From positions 384,001-448,000 of the forward strand of contig JBBCJC010000002.1 of NCBI GenBank assembly GCA_037189525.1: a stretch of DNA of 64,000 nucleotides. The letters run 5' to 3'. Within the stretch, counting starts at the first letter, position 1. Each line of letters begins with the position of its first letter. This DNA is from Gemmatimonadales bacterium. GTDB lineage: Bacteria; Gemmatimonadota; Gemmatimonadetes; Gemmatimonadales; GWC2-71-9. Below the pieces are notes generated by a model, which made no database searches, was not told the DNA's origin, and saw only the letters and a program-made list of their open reading frames with translations. The translations under genes and the position numbers were made by a program. Below, in pieces: positions 1-8,815 of this stretch.

Positions 1-2783
1 TGGCCATCCGTATTGCCGCCGACATCGCCGCCGCGCTGGATGCCGCCAGCAGCGCCGGCGTGGTCCACCGCGATCTCAAACCCGAGAACATCCTGCTCGA
101 AGGTCCGAGCGCCGGGCCGCATGCGCTGCTGGCGGATTTCGGGATTGCGCACCTGGTGGACGGCGCCAGCCACGACACCGCGCCCGGCGGAGTGATGGGC
201 ACGCCGTCGTACATGAGTCCGGAGCAAGCGGCAGGGGAGTCGCTCGACGGGCGCAGCGATCTCTATTCGCTGGGCATCGTGACCTACGAGATGCTGACCG
301 GCAAACCGCCGTTCGTCGGCAACCACCGCGTCGTCCTCTCGAAGCAGATCCTCGACCAGCCTACGCCGATCGACGCCGTGCGCACCGATCTACCCATGGG
401 ACTCGGTCCCGTGATCATGCGCGCACTGGAGAAGGTCCCGGACGCTCGGTGGGCAAACGGCAAGGCGTATCGGCGGGCGCTCACCGGCGAAGATGTCACC
501 CCCACGCCGATACCGGCGCTGTCGCGCCCGCGTCGCCGGCGGCGGTGGGCAGCCATTGCCGCAGCGGTCGTTGCCGTGATGCTCGGCATAAGGGCATGGC
601 TGCCCGGGCCGGCCGGTCCACCACCGGGCGTGAATCCGGATCATTCGGTGCTGGTCCTGCCGTTCGACAATACCCGCGCCGAGCCGGCGTATGATTGGCT
701 CCGCGACGGTAGCGTCAACATGCTGTCGCTCACCATGTCGCAGTGGCACGACCTGACGGTGATCGATCAGGACCGGGTCCACGACCTGTTGGCGCGGGTG
801 GGCCGTACCGAGGGACCGATCGGGCTCGAACTGGCCCGCCAGCTGGCTAGGCAGAGCGGGGTCTGGACCGTGGTGCTGGGTGACTACGCCCGGGTGGGTG
901 ACTCGCTCCGTTTGAACGCGCGCCGGTACGATGTCGCCACGGGGCGGCGGATCGACGTGGTGGAGGTGACCGGACCCGCGACCGAAGACGTGCGGCCGCT
1001 CTTCGATGAACTGGCCACCCGGCTGCTCGACCTGACCGGCGCCCCCAAAGATGATCGCGCTTCGCTTGCCGCGGTCACGACGAGTTCGCTCGAAGCGTAT
1101 CGCAGCTACCTGCGCGGGGTCGAGGCGCTCAACCAGTGGCGGCTGACCGAAGCAAGCGAGGCGCTGACGGCCGCGGTTCGGCTGGACAGCACCTTTGCGC
1201 TCGCGAACTACCGGCTGGCCATTGCGCGCGGCTGGGTCAGCCCGGAGGACACGGTCGGGATGGCCGCCATCCGGCGCGCCGCGCGGACGGCCAGCCGCCT
1301 GCCGCCTCGCAAACGCGCGCTGATCGACGGCTATCGCACCTTCATCGAGGGCGACTACGATCGGGCCCTCGAAACCTATGCCACGCTGCTCCGCACCGAC
1401 TCGCTCGACATCGAGGCCTGGTACGGGAGCGCCGATGCCGCCTTTCACGCCGGCTACGACCGCGGCGACCTGGCGCTGCTCAACCGGTCGATGCGCGGCT
1501 TTCGCCGGGTCATCGCGCTCGACTCCGCGTTCGGCCTGGCCTATGAGCACATCGGCTCGACCCTGATCGATGCCGCGCGATCCGGCAACCGGATCCTGCT
1601 CGACATCGGCGACTCGCTCGTACCGCTCGGCCGTGATCCCGACTCGGTCCTAGTGGCGCGAGCCCGGGCGCGCGCGATCGATCGCGCGGTGACGTTGGCG
1701 GAAGCGTGGGCCCGTCGCCAGCCGAACACGGCGCGCGCCCATTACAACCTCTACAAGTCGTACCTGGCGGGGAACCGCACCGTCGAGGCCCGCCGGACCC
1801 TGAGCCGCCTGCGGCAGATGCACCCCGATTCGTCGCAGGGATTCTTCGGTCTGCTCGAAGCCCGGACCCAGTTCGTCGCCGGCGACATCCGGGGCTCGGC
1901 GCAAACGGTACGCCGCACCCTGCCGCAGTTGCGTCCCGCCGCCTTCGGCGATCTCGACCTGGATTTGAGTTCGCTGCTCGACATGATGACGGGCGTCGAA
2001 GCGCTCGGCTACGTCGGCGACCTCGAAGGGGCCGCGGAAATGATCCGGCTGGGCCGGAGCATGCGGAGCGAGCGGATCGACCAGCGCGATTCGGTCGAGC
2101 GGGTCCGGGAAGACGATCTCTGGGAGATGTCGCGCCTGGGCGTCCTCTACGGAGCAAGCGGCAGCCGGCCGGAACGGCTCCGCAGCTTGTGGACCCGGAG
2201 CCTGTCGCTGGTGCGGCGATCGACCGACGAGAAATCGACGGCCGACCTGACCATCATCACGCCGATTGCGGTGGCACTGCTGACGGGGCCGACCAGTGAT
2301 CCGTCGGGGATCCTCGAACTGGAGCGGCTGACCGGCCGGAAGAGCCCGCCCGTGCTGCGCGCGCTGATCGCGGCCAGGGCAGGGGACAGCGCCACGGCCG
2401 CCGCGCTCCTGGCACAAGCACCCACCGTGGATACCCCGGCGCCGGGCACCTTCAACTGGCGCCGCGCCATGGGCGACCCCCGCCCGATCGTGGCCGAGAC
2501 CTACTTCGAACTGGGCGACGCCGCGGCGGTCGTCCAGGTCCTGCGCACCTTCCAGCCCAACGAGTTCTCGACCGGGTCCTTCGATCCGCGCTGGATCCTC
2601 CTGCCGCGGGTTCGGCTCCTGCGCGGCCAGGCGCTGGAACGGCTGGGCCGCGCCGCCGAAGCGGGCGCCGAATACGAGGCGGTCGTGGCGCAGTGGGGTG
2701 GGGCGGACGAGGAACTGCTCCCGACGGTCCAGGTGGCGCGAAATCGGTTGGCCCGCCTGGCTGGTGCGCGCGAGGGCGTCTGA
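1..2783 (+). CDS. Ser/Thr protein kinase with TM segment, TolB-N-like domain and TPR-like helical C-terminus (5'-partial)
   Basis: Frame is open from position 3 (AIRIAADIAAALDAA...). Hanks motifs HRDLKPEN, DFG, GTPSYMSPEQ, DLYSLG. Basic stretch plus hydrophobic TM, then SVLVLPFDN (TolB-like) and helical repeats. Confidence 0.9.
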   Translation, partial: AIRIAADIAAALDAASSAGVVHRDLKPENILLEGPSAGPHALLADFGIAHLVDGASHDTAPGGVMGTPSYMSPEQAAGESLDGRSDLYSLGIVTYEMLTGKPPFVGNHRVVLSKQILDQPTPIDAVRTDLPMGLGPVIMRALEKVPDARWANGKAYRRALTGEDVTPTPIPALSRPRRRRRWAAIAAAVVAVMLGIRAWLPGPAGPPPGVNPDHSVLVLPFDNTRAEPAYDWLRDGSVNMLSLTMSQWHDLTVIDQDRVHDLLARVGRTEGPIGLELARQLARQSGVWTVVLGDYARVGDSLRLNARRYDVATGRRIDVVEVTGPATEDVRPLFDELATRLLDLTGAPKDDRASLAAVTTSSLEAYRSYLRGVEALNQWRLTEASEALTAAVRLDSTFALANYRLAIARGWVSPEDTVGMAAIRRAARTASRLPPRKRALIDGYRTFIEGDYDRALETYATLLRTDSLDIEAWYGSADAAFHAGYDRGDLALLNRSMRGFRRVIALDSAFGLAYEHIGSTLIDAARSGNRILLDIGDSLVPLGRDPDSVLVARARARAIDRAVTLAEAWARRQPNTARAHYNLYKSYLAGNRTVEARRTLSRLRQMHPDSSQGFFGLLEARTQFVAGDIRGSAQTVRRTLPQLRPAAFGDLDLDLSSLLDMMTGVEALGYVGDLEGAAEMIRLGRSMRSERIDQRDSVERVREDDLWEMSRLGVLYGASGSRPERLRSLWTRSLSLVRRSTDEKSTADLTIITPIAVALLTGPTSDPSGILELERLTGRKSPPVLRALIAARAGDSATAAALLAQAPTVDTPAPGTFNWRRAMGDPRPIVAETYFELGDAAAVVQVLRTFQPNEFSTGSFDPRWILLPRVRLLRGQALERLGRAAEAGAEYEAVVAQWGGADEELLPTVQVARNRLARLAGAREGV

Positions 2784-2789
2784 TCCCGT

Positions 2790-2795
2790 TAAATT
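2790..2795 (+). promoter_or_regulatory. Probable -10 element (TAAATT) for rnpB
   Basis: AT-rich TANNNT hexamer about 5 nt upstream of the predicted P1 helix start, in a GC-rich background. Confidence 0.55.
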
Positions 2796-2799
2796 GATA

Positions 2800-3190
2800 G
2801 GGTTGGGGTAGGGCGGGATGGTCGCGGGCCGGGCAACCGGTTCGAGGAAAGTCCGAGCTCCACCGGGTAGACTGCCAGGTAACGCCTGGGCGCCGTAAGG
2901 CGACGGACAGGGCCACAGAAAAGACACCGCCAACCGGGTTCGCTCGGTCGGTAAGGGTGAAATGGTGGGGTAAGAGCCCACCGCGCGGGCGGCAACGTCA
3001 GCGGCACGGCAACCCCCAGTCGGAGCAAGGCCAAATAGGCGGCAAGGTGCGGCCCGCACCGACCACGTCCCTCGGGACGAAGCCGCGGGTAGGCTGCTCG
3101 AGGTGGTTGGCGACAACCATCCCAGAGAGATGACCATCCGGGTCGCTTCGGCGATCCGAACAGAACTCGGCTTACGGCCCCACCTCACCC
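2800..3190 (+). ncRNA. rnpB: RNase P RNA, bacterial type A
   Basis: Universal motifs GAGGAAAGTCCG, CCACAGAAA, AGGGTGAAA.GGTG.GGTAAGAGC.CAC, GGAGCAAGGCCAAATAG and ACAGAACTCGGCTTAC. The 5' GGGTTGGGGTAGGGC can pair with the 3' GCCCCACCTCACCC. Ends are approximate. Confidence 0.97.
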
Positions 3191-3225
3191 CCCCGGCGTC
3201 CGTTCGGCATGCCGGGGGCGATTTG
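3190..3225 (+). terminator. Hairpin directly after rnpB
   Basis: CCCCCGGCGT...ATGCCGGGGG stem followed by a short ATTTGT tail. Confidence 0.55.
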
Positions 3226-3274
3226 TCCCGGCCCATGGCGGTCGGTTCGGCTTGCTACGCACGAGGAGGTTGTC

Positions 3275-4069
3275 ATGCGATCATTCGGTTGGTTTGCTGC
3301 AATGGGCCCGCTTGCTCTGCTCGGCCTCTGGGCCACTGACCATGGCGCTCCCTCCACCACGCGGTATCGGATCGAGTCCAAGATGCACCAGGAGGTCGAT
3401 CTGAGCAGCGTCCAGCAGCCGAATCAGGTCACCAATACGGTCCAGGTCGCGATCATCTCGGTGACACTCACCGACACGGTCGGTGGCAAGACGCTCCATG
3501 TCGTGGTCGACAGTCTGACCACGGATTTGCCGATTCCCGGCGCGGCTGAGGTGGTTCAGAAGGCGAAGAACGCCTGGCTCCATGGCCTGGTCGACAACTG
3601 GGGCCGCACCAAGATCGTCAAAACCTCGGCCGACTCGAACGAGATCGTCGGTCAGCTCAAGGCCTCGCTGCAGCGCTTTTTCCCGGTGGTCAAACCGGGC
3701 GGCAAGCAGGGTGACAGCTGGATCGACACCACGCACGTCGATTCCAAGACGCCGGCGCAGGCGGTCAAGTCGACCACGGTCACCACTTATACGTTGGGCG
3801 GTGCGGCAGAGTACGGCGGCGCGGCAGCGACCAAGATCGACGCCGTGTCGACGACGACCGGCGCCGGCACGATCGAGAACCCGATGGCCGGACCCATGGA
3901 ACTCTCGCTGACCGACCAGGCCACCGAGGTCTTCTACGTCGGCGGCAACGGTCTTTTCCTGGGCGGAACCTCCCAGTCCTCGGTCAAGAGTTTCGTGACC
4001 ATGGCCATGGTACCCAATCCGATTCCGGTGACGGCCACCCGCAGCACTACGGTGACCGTCCACAAGTGA
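3275..4069 (+). CDS. Hypothetical exported, beta-strand-rich protein
   Basis: GAGGAGG ribosome-binding site before ATG 3275, hydrophobic N-terminus, Thr/Ser-rich, GC3-biased codons. No family recognised. Confidence 0.75.
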   Translation: MRSFGWFAAMGPLALLGLWATDHGAPSTTRYRIESKMHQEVDLSSVQQPNQVTNTVQVAIISVTLTDTVGGKTLHVVVDSLTTDLPIPGAAEVVQKAKNAWLHGLVDNWGRTKIVKTSADSNEIVGQLKASLQRFFPVVKPGGKQGDSWIDTTHVDSKTPAQAVKSTTVTTYTLGGAAEYGGAAATKIDAVSTTTGAGTIENPMAGPMELSLTDQATEVFYVGGNGLFLGGTSQSSVKSFVTMAMVPNPIPVTATRSTTVTVHK

Positions 4070-4146
4070 ATCGGCCGGTCCGAGCCGCGTGACCCGAACC
4101 AGAGGCGTCCGATCCCGGGGTCGGACGCCTCACTGATTTGGCAGCC

Positions 4147-5046
4147 ATGACCTTACCCTCAGCCACGCCGACGTCGCCGGGTCCGAAAAAGCGGTCGTTC
4201 CTGCGCTGGATCATGCTGGGAACCGCAGGAGCCGTCGGGCTCTTTCTGCTGTGGTTGGTTGCGGTCTGGCCGCCCCCGCTCTGGTACCGCTGGTTCTGGC
4301 CGCGGGAAACCGCCTTCATGGCCATGCGGGCCAAGCAGGCCGACAGCCTGGCCAATCACGCGCAGCGACGCAGGCAAGCCGAGAACGGGGAGCTTCCGCG
4401 CCTCTATCAGCCGGTTCCGTTCGAGCAGATCACACCGAGTATGGCGCGGGCGGTAATGATCGCCGAGGATCATCGGTTCCTCGATCACGGTGGGATCGAC
4501 TATCAGGCCATCCGCGAGGCGATGGGATACCGGCGCGCCGACTTCGAGTGGGATAACGAGCGCGACCGCGCCGAGTTGCAGCGGGTCCTGAGTCACGCGT
4601 GGGAACGCCGTGACCGGATCCGCGGGGCCAGTACCATTACCCAGCAACTGGCCAAGAATCTCTACCTCTCACCCTCCCGGAATCCGCTCCGGAAGGTCAA
4701 AGAGGCCGTCACGGCGTATCGGATCGAAGCTGCGATGGACAAGACCCGGATCCTGGAACTCTATCTCAACGTGGTCGAATTCGGGCCCGAGATCTGGGGT
4801 GTGGAGGCTGCGTCGCAGGCCTATTTCGGTCGTCCGGCGGCGCGGTTGACGACAGAGCAGGCTGCCCAGCTTGCCGGAACCCTTCCGTTTCCGCTGCGGT
4901 CGAATCCGGCCTATCGACCGGGACGGATGCGCTGGCGGCAGCAATGGGTATTGCGCCGGATTCGCGGTGAGCGGGTGGTCATCCCGTCTCAGGACGATAC
5001 CACCGAGGCGCGGGATTCGGTGCCGCCCCAGGATTCGACCCCGTAG
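4147..5046 (+). CDS. mtgA: Monofunctional biosynthetic peptidoglycan transglycosylase
   Basis: GT51 motifs AEDHRFLDHGGID, RGASTITQQLAKNL, RKVKE, RILELYLN, GVEAASQAYF. N-terminal TM and no transpeptidase domain. Confidence 0.92.
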   Translation: MTLPSATPTSPGPKKRSFLRWIMLGTAGAVGLFLLWLVAVWPPPLWYRWFWPRETAFMAMRAKQADSLANHAQRRRQAENGELPRLYQPVPFEQITPSMARAVMIAEDHRFLDHGGIDYQAIREAMGYRRADFEWDNERDRAELQRVLSHAWERRDRIRGASTITQQLAKNLYLSPSRNPLRKVKEAVTAYRIEAAMDKTRILELYLNVVEFGPEIWGVEAASQAYFGRPAARLTTEQAAQLAGTLPFPLRSNPAYRPGRMRWRQQWVLRRIRGERVVIPSQDDTTEARDSVPPQDSTP

Positions 5047-5065
5047 TCTGGAGCAGTGAAAACGG

Positions 5066-5103
5066 ACGAGCGGCCGGCGGGAGACTCCCGACCGGCCGCT
5101 CGT
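5066..5103. terminator. Hairpin between convergent mtgA and dnaN
   Basis: ACGAGCGGCCGG-CGGGA/TCCCG-A-CCGGCCGCTCGT inverted repeat; an A-run upstream gives a U-tract on the minus strand. Confidence 0.7.
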
Positions 5104-5125
5104 GTAATCCGTCTTCCGAAATCCG

Positions 5126-6235
5126 TCAGTCCAGCAGGCGAAGCGGCATGACCAGGGTCAGGTAGCTCGCCGGGTCATCCCAACCCACCGGTTCGCAGGT
5201 CGTGGCCCGTTCGGGGGTCTTGAAGCTCATCCGGACCTCGTCGGTCGGCATGTACTTGAGAACCTCCAGGAGGTACGACGCGTTAAAGGCAATCTCGAGC
5301 GGATCGCCGTCGTAGGCGACCGTGATCTCTTCCTGCGCTTCACCCAGGTCGGGAGTGGTGACGGAGAGTTTGCACCCGCCATTGGCAAAGGCGAGCCGGA
5401 TCCGATGGGTCTGGTCGCTCGCCACGATGCTCATGCGACGAATGGCGGACGACAGCGCGGCCTTGTCGGCCGTCATCAGCTTGTCGTTCTCGCGCGGGAT
5501 GACCTGCTCGTAGTTGGGATACGGTCCCTCGATCAGACGGGTGAAGACCTGGGTCCCCGCCGACCGGAAGCCCAAGTGGTTGTCGCTCCGGGCAATCTCG
5601 ATTTCATCATCGGGATTGTAGAGGCGACGAATCTGCTCGAGCGCCTTGGGCGGCACGATCAGATCGGCCTGCCCGCCCGATCCGGTCAGGGGAACATCCA
5701 TCCGGGCCAGCCGATGACCATTGGTGGCCACCATCCGCATCCGGTCGCTCCTCAGCTCCCACAGGACGCCGTTGAGGATCGGACGGCTCTCCTCAGTACT
5801 CGCAGCAAATGCGACGTGGCTGATGAGCTTCTGGAGGTCTTTGGCGGCGACTTTCCAGGCTCCATCGAACTTGACGGCCGGGAAGGCCGGGAACTCGTCG
5901 CGGGAAAGACCCAGCAACTTGAACCGCGAGCGCCCGCACTCGATCTGGACTCGCTGCTCACCGGAGCCGGTGAAGCGGATTGCCGCGCTGGGAAGCTCGC
6001 GAACGATCTCGACCAGCTTCCGAGCTGGCAGCGTGGTGGCACCTTCCTGGTCGACCTGCGCCGGGATGATGGTGCTGACCGCGATATCGAGATCGGTTCC
6101 GGAGAGCCGGAGCCCGTCCTTGGTTGCTTCGACGAGGATGTTCGACAGCACGGGCAGCGTCGTCTTCGACGGAACGCTCGCAGCCACGGCGCCAAGTCCT
6201 TCGTGAAGTTTTTCTCGCGTTATGGTGAACTTCAT
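5126..6235 (-). CDS. dnaN: DNA polymerase III beta sliding clamp
   Basis: TTLPVLSNIL, GTDLD, RPILNG, VATNGHRL, LIEGPYPNY, C-terminal VMPLRL; 369 aa; directly downstream of dnaA. Confidence 0.98.
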   Translation of the reverse strand: MKFTITREKLHEGLGAVAASVPSKTTLPVLSNILVEATKDGLRLSGTDLDIAVSTIIPAQVDQEGATTLPARKLVEIVRELPSAAIRFTGSGEQRVQIECGRSRFKLLGLSRDEFPAFPAVKFDGAWKVAAKDLQKLISHVAFAASTEESRPILNGVLWELRSDRMRMVATNGHRLARMDVPLTGSGGQADLIVPPKALEQIRRLYNPDDEIEIARSDNHLGFRSAGTQVFTRLIEGPYPNYEQVIPRENDKLMTADKAALSSAIRRMSIVASDQTHRIRLAFANGGCKLSVTTPDLGEAQEEITVAYDGDPLEIAFNASYLLEVLKYMPTDEVRMSFKTPERATTCEPVGWDDPASYLTLVMPLRLLD

Positions 6236-6269
6236 CGGATCACTCTCCCGACCAACACCAGGTTTTCAC

Positions 6270-6473
6270 CACGGGATATTAGAAAACTATCCTGTATTTA
6301 GAAAACAAGTAGTCGTAGTAGAGAGGGAAAGATGTGGACGCGGCCACCAACTGGCGACACCACATCACTTTCCACTCCTCATCGACCTCATTTGCGATGT
6401 GTACGGTGCGGATTGCGGGGTAAAGTCGAGCGGAATATCCCCGGCCATCCACACCTCGCACATCATACCCACA
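6270..6473. other. Probable oriC unwinding region: AT-rich element, DnaA-trios and degenerate DnaA boxes
   Basis: Lies in the dnaA-dnaN intergenic region. AT-rich 6276-6309 with TAGAAAAC twice. Trio-like AAG-TAG-TCG-TAG-TAG at 6307-6321. Box-like TGTGGACGC at 6333-6341, CCATCCACA at 6445-6453, ATACCCACA at 6465-6473. Confidence 0.8.
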
Positions 6474-7901
6474 CTACGATGCGGTTAACTCTGCTCGCGC
6501 CGAGTCGACCCGTTCACGAAAAGCGCGATCGCGCGCCAGTTGGCGCTGCACCTTGTCCACGCTGTGAATCACCGTCGAATGATCGCGCCCTCCGAAGGCC
6601 TGGCCAATCTCGACGAGCTGCATGTTGAGCACTTCGCGAGCCAGAAACATCGCGATCTGTCGCGGCACCGTGAGACTCTTGATGCGCGCTTTGGAGCGCA
6701 GGCCTTCGGGCGTCACGCCCCAGCGGCGCGCCACCACGTCCTGGACCCGATCGATCGACGGCAACGCCTTCGGACGCTCGGTCGTGGCCGCCTGGTTCGG
6801 ACGAATCCGGTCGGCGAGGGCTTCGCGGGCCAGGTCGACGGAGATTTCCCGATGCCGCAACGACGCATAGAGCAACAACTTGATGATCGAGCCTTCGAGC
6901 TCGCGCACGTTGGAATACACGTGCTCGGCAATGAAGGTCAGGACATCGTCCGGGATCGTCGTTTCGAGGTGATCCTGCTGCTGCTTCTTGCGCAGGATCG
7001 CAATCCGATGTTCCAGATCGGGCAGGCCGACGTCGACGACCATGCCCCAGCTGAAGCGGCTGACCAGGCGATCTTCGAGTCCCGGCATTTCTTTGGGCGG
7101 ACGGTCCGAGGTCAGCACGATCTGTTTCTGCGCGTCGAACAAGGCGTTGAAGGTGTGGAAGAACTCTTCCTGGGTGGCTTCCTTGCCTTCGAGGAAATGC
7201 ACATCGTCGACCAGGAACAGGTCGATCCCGGTCCGGTAGCGGCGGCGGAGCTCGGGCATGGTCCGCCCGTGGATCCCCTCGATCACCTCATTGATGAAAT
7301 GCTCGGCGCCCATGTAGGCCACCCGGGTGGTCGGGTCCTTCCGGAGGACCGAGTGGGCCACGGCCTGCATCAGGTGGGTTTTGCCGAGTCCGGTGCCGCC
7401 GTAAATGAAGAGCGGGTTGTAGGTCCGCCCGGGCGCTTCGGCCACGGCATACGTGGCCGCGGCGGCCAGTTCGTTCGATTTGCCGATCACGAAGGCATCG
7501 AACGTATACCGCTCATTGAGCGGTAAGTGGGACGGGGTGGTGTCCCGCTTGGGAGTTGTCTGTGCTACTCCGACATGGCCGGTTGGCTCTACTGCCGGTC
7601 CCGCCGAACTGGAGGCGAAAATATCCATCTGGGGACGCTGGAGCCGTTCCTCGGGGACCCGGAAGACCACCTCGGTTTCGGTCCCGAGCGCCTGACTGGC
7701 GAGCCGGGACAGGACCTTGGCGTGCTTGGCCTGGTTCCATTTGACGGCGAACTCGTCCGGAAGGCCGAGAATCAGTCTCCCGTCCTCCAGTTCGAGCGCT
7801 TCTGCCGGAACGAGCCAGGTTTTGACGGCTTGCTCCGTCAATTCCTGACGCGCCTCGTCAAGAATCCGCTTCCACGCGTCCTTAGGGGACCACTGCTGCA
7901 T
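6474..7901 (-). CDS. dnaA: Chromosomal replication initiator DnaA
   Basis: YTFDAFVIG, YNPLFIYGGTGLGKTHL (Walker A), LVDDVHFL, QEEFFHTFN, RLVSRF, NVRELEG, GGRDHSTVIH. Confidence 0.99.
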   Translation of the reverse strand: MQQWSPKDAWKRILDEARQELTEQAVKTWLVPAEALELEDGRLILGLPDEFAVKWNQAKHAKVLSRLASQALGTETEVVFRVPEERLQRPQMDIFASSSAGPAVEPTGHVGVAQTTPKRDTTPSHLPLNERYTFDAFVIGKSNELAAAATYAVAEAPGRTYNPLFIYGGTGLGKTHLMQAVAHSVLRKDPTTRVAYMGAEHFINEVIEGIHGRTMPELRRRYRTGIDLFLVDDVHFLEGKEATQEEFFHTFNALFDAQKQIVLTSDRPPKEMPGLEDRLVSRFSWGMVVDVGLPDLEHRIAILRKKQQQDHLETTIPDDVLTFIAEHVYSNVRELEGSIIKLLLYASLRHREISVDLAREALADRIRPNQAATTERPKALPSIDRVQDVVARRWGVTPEGLRSKARIKSLTVPRQIAMFLAREVLNMQLVEIGQAFGGRDHSTVIHSVDKVQRQLARDRAFRERVDSARAELTAS

Positions 7902-7957
7902 CTCGCCTCGATAATACGATGGGGCGTCTCGAAGGGGCGACGATACTACGCCGCGGA

Positions 7958-7966
7958 TGTGGAAAA
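7958..7966 (-). promoter_or_regulatory. DnaA box in the dnaA-rpmH intergenic region
   Basis: Plus-strand TGTGGAAAA reads TTTTCCACA on the minus strand, fitting the consensus TTWTNCACA. Typical autoregulatory position. Confidence 0.7.
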
Positions 7967-8049
7967 GTCAACCTTGACCGAATCAGCCCCTGGCAGGTAG
8001 CTTTCTGGGCTTACTTTGGCACTAGCTTTGGTTCAAGGATTGGCTTCAA

Positions 8050-8211
8050 ATGCAACCGACATATCGCCCGCGCAACCGGAAACGGGTCAATCGGCATGGA
8101 TTCCGTGCCCGGATGGCCACCCGCTGGGGGCGGGAAACGCTGGCGCGTCGCCGTAAGAAGGGCCGCCGGCAGCTGACGGTCCGGATCGCCTCGAAGCACG
8201 GGGGACGCTGA
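8050..8211 (+). CDS. rpmH: 50S ribosomal protein L34 (53 aa; absent from the ORF track)
   Basis: Translated by hand: [53 protein letters not shown]. Divergent from dnaA. Confidence 0.97.
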   Translation: MQPTYRPRNRKRVNRHGFRARMATRWGRETLARRRKKGRRQLTVRIASKHGGR

Positions 8212-8564
8212 CGTCATCCGAGCGGCTCGGTCGGGCACAGCGCCTGACGGCGTCGGATGACATACGGCGGGTGCTGGGCCGGGGTGCGCGACATCGGTCG
8301 CCTCACCTCGAGATAACGTGGCTGGTCAACGACGTGGGTCGCCCCCGACTGGGCGTGATCGTTCCGAAGCGCCAGTCGACTGCGGTGGCCCGCAATCGTT
8401 TACGGCGGCAGTTGAAGGAATGGATGCGGCGGGAGGCGTTACCGCGACTGAGTCCGGTGGATGTGATCATCCGGGCGCGGTTCCAGGCCTACGACGTCGA
8501 GAGCAAGGTGCTCCGGTCGGAGTTGGGCGACTGGCTCGCGCGACGAGCGCCGACTTCCCGATGA
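8208..8564 (+). CDS. rnpA: Ribonuclease P protein component (start probably CTG 8208; first canonical start is GTG 8271)
   Basis: RLGVIVPK and the RNR motif [13 protein letters not shown], then DVIIRA. In-frame upstream [18 protein letters not shown] resembles the conserved N-terminal helix. Confidence 0.9.
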   Translation: MTSSERLGRAQRLTASDDIRRVLGRGARHRSPHLEITWLVNDVGRPRLGVIVPKRQSTAVARNRLRRQLKEWMRREALPRLSPVDVIIRARFQAYDVESKVLRSELGDWLARRAPTSR

Positions 8565-8791
8565 CCGGCGTCCGACAGTGGCCGCGACGGGTGGGCATGG
8601 GCCTGATTCGTGGTTATCAGCGGTACATCTCCCCGGCGCTCCCGCCCCGCTGTCGATTCTCGCCCAGCTGCTCGCAATACACTCTGGAGGCGGTGGATCG
8701 GTATGGCCTGGTACGCGGTAGCTGGATGGGTCTCAAGCGTATTGCCCGGTGCCACCCGTTTCATCCCGGTGGCTACGATCCCGTTCCATAA
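8561..8791 (+). CDS. yidD: Membrane protein insertion efficiency factor YidD
   Basis: [42 protein letters not shown] overlap with the rnpA stop. Confidence 0.96.
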   Translation: MTGVRQWPRRVGMGLIRGYQRYISPALPPRCRFSPSCSQYTLEAVDRYGLVRGSWMGLKRIARCHPFHPGGYDPVP

Positions 8792-8815
8792 CGTCTGACG
8801 GACACAAGCCTCATC

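Noticed and set aside
2789..3339. Short ORFs over 2789-3034 and 3103-3339
   Set aside because: They overlap the RNase P RNA gene and are spurious translations.
8049..8207. Thermus-like rnpA start upstream of or within rpmH
   Set aside because: The rnpA frame has a TAA inside rpmH and no canonical start codon between that stop and 8208.
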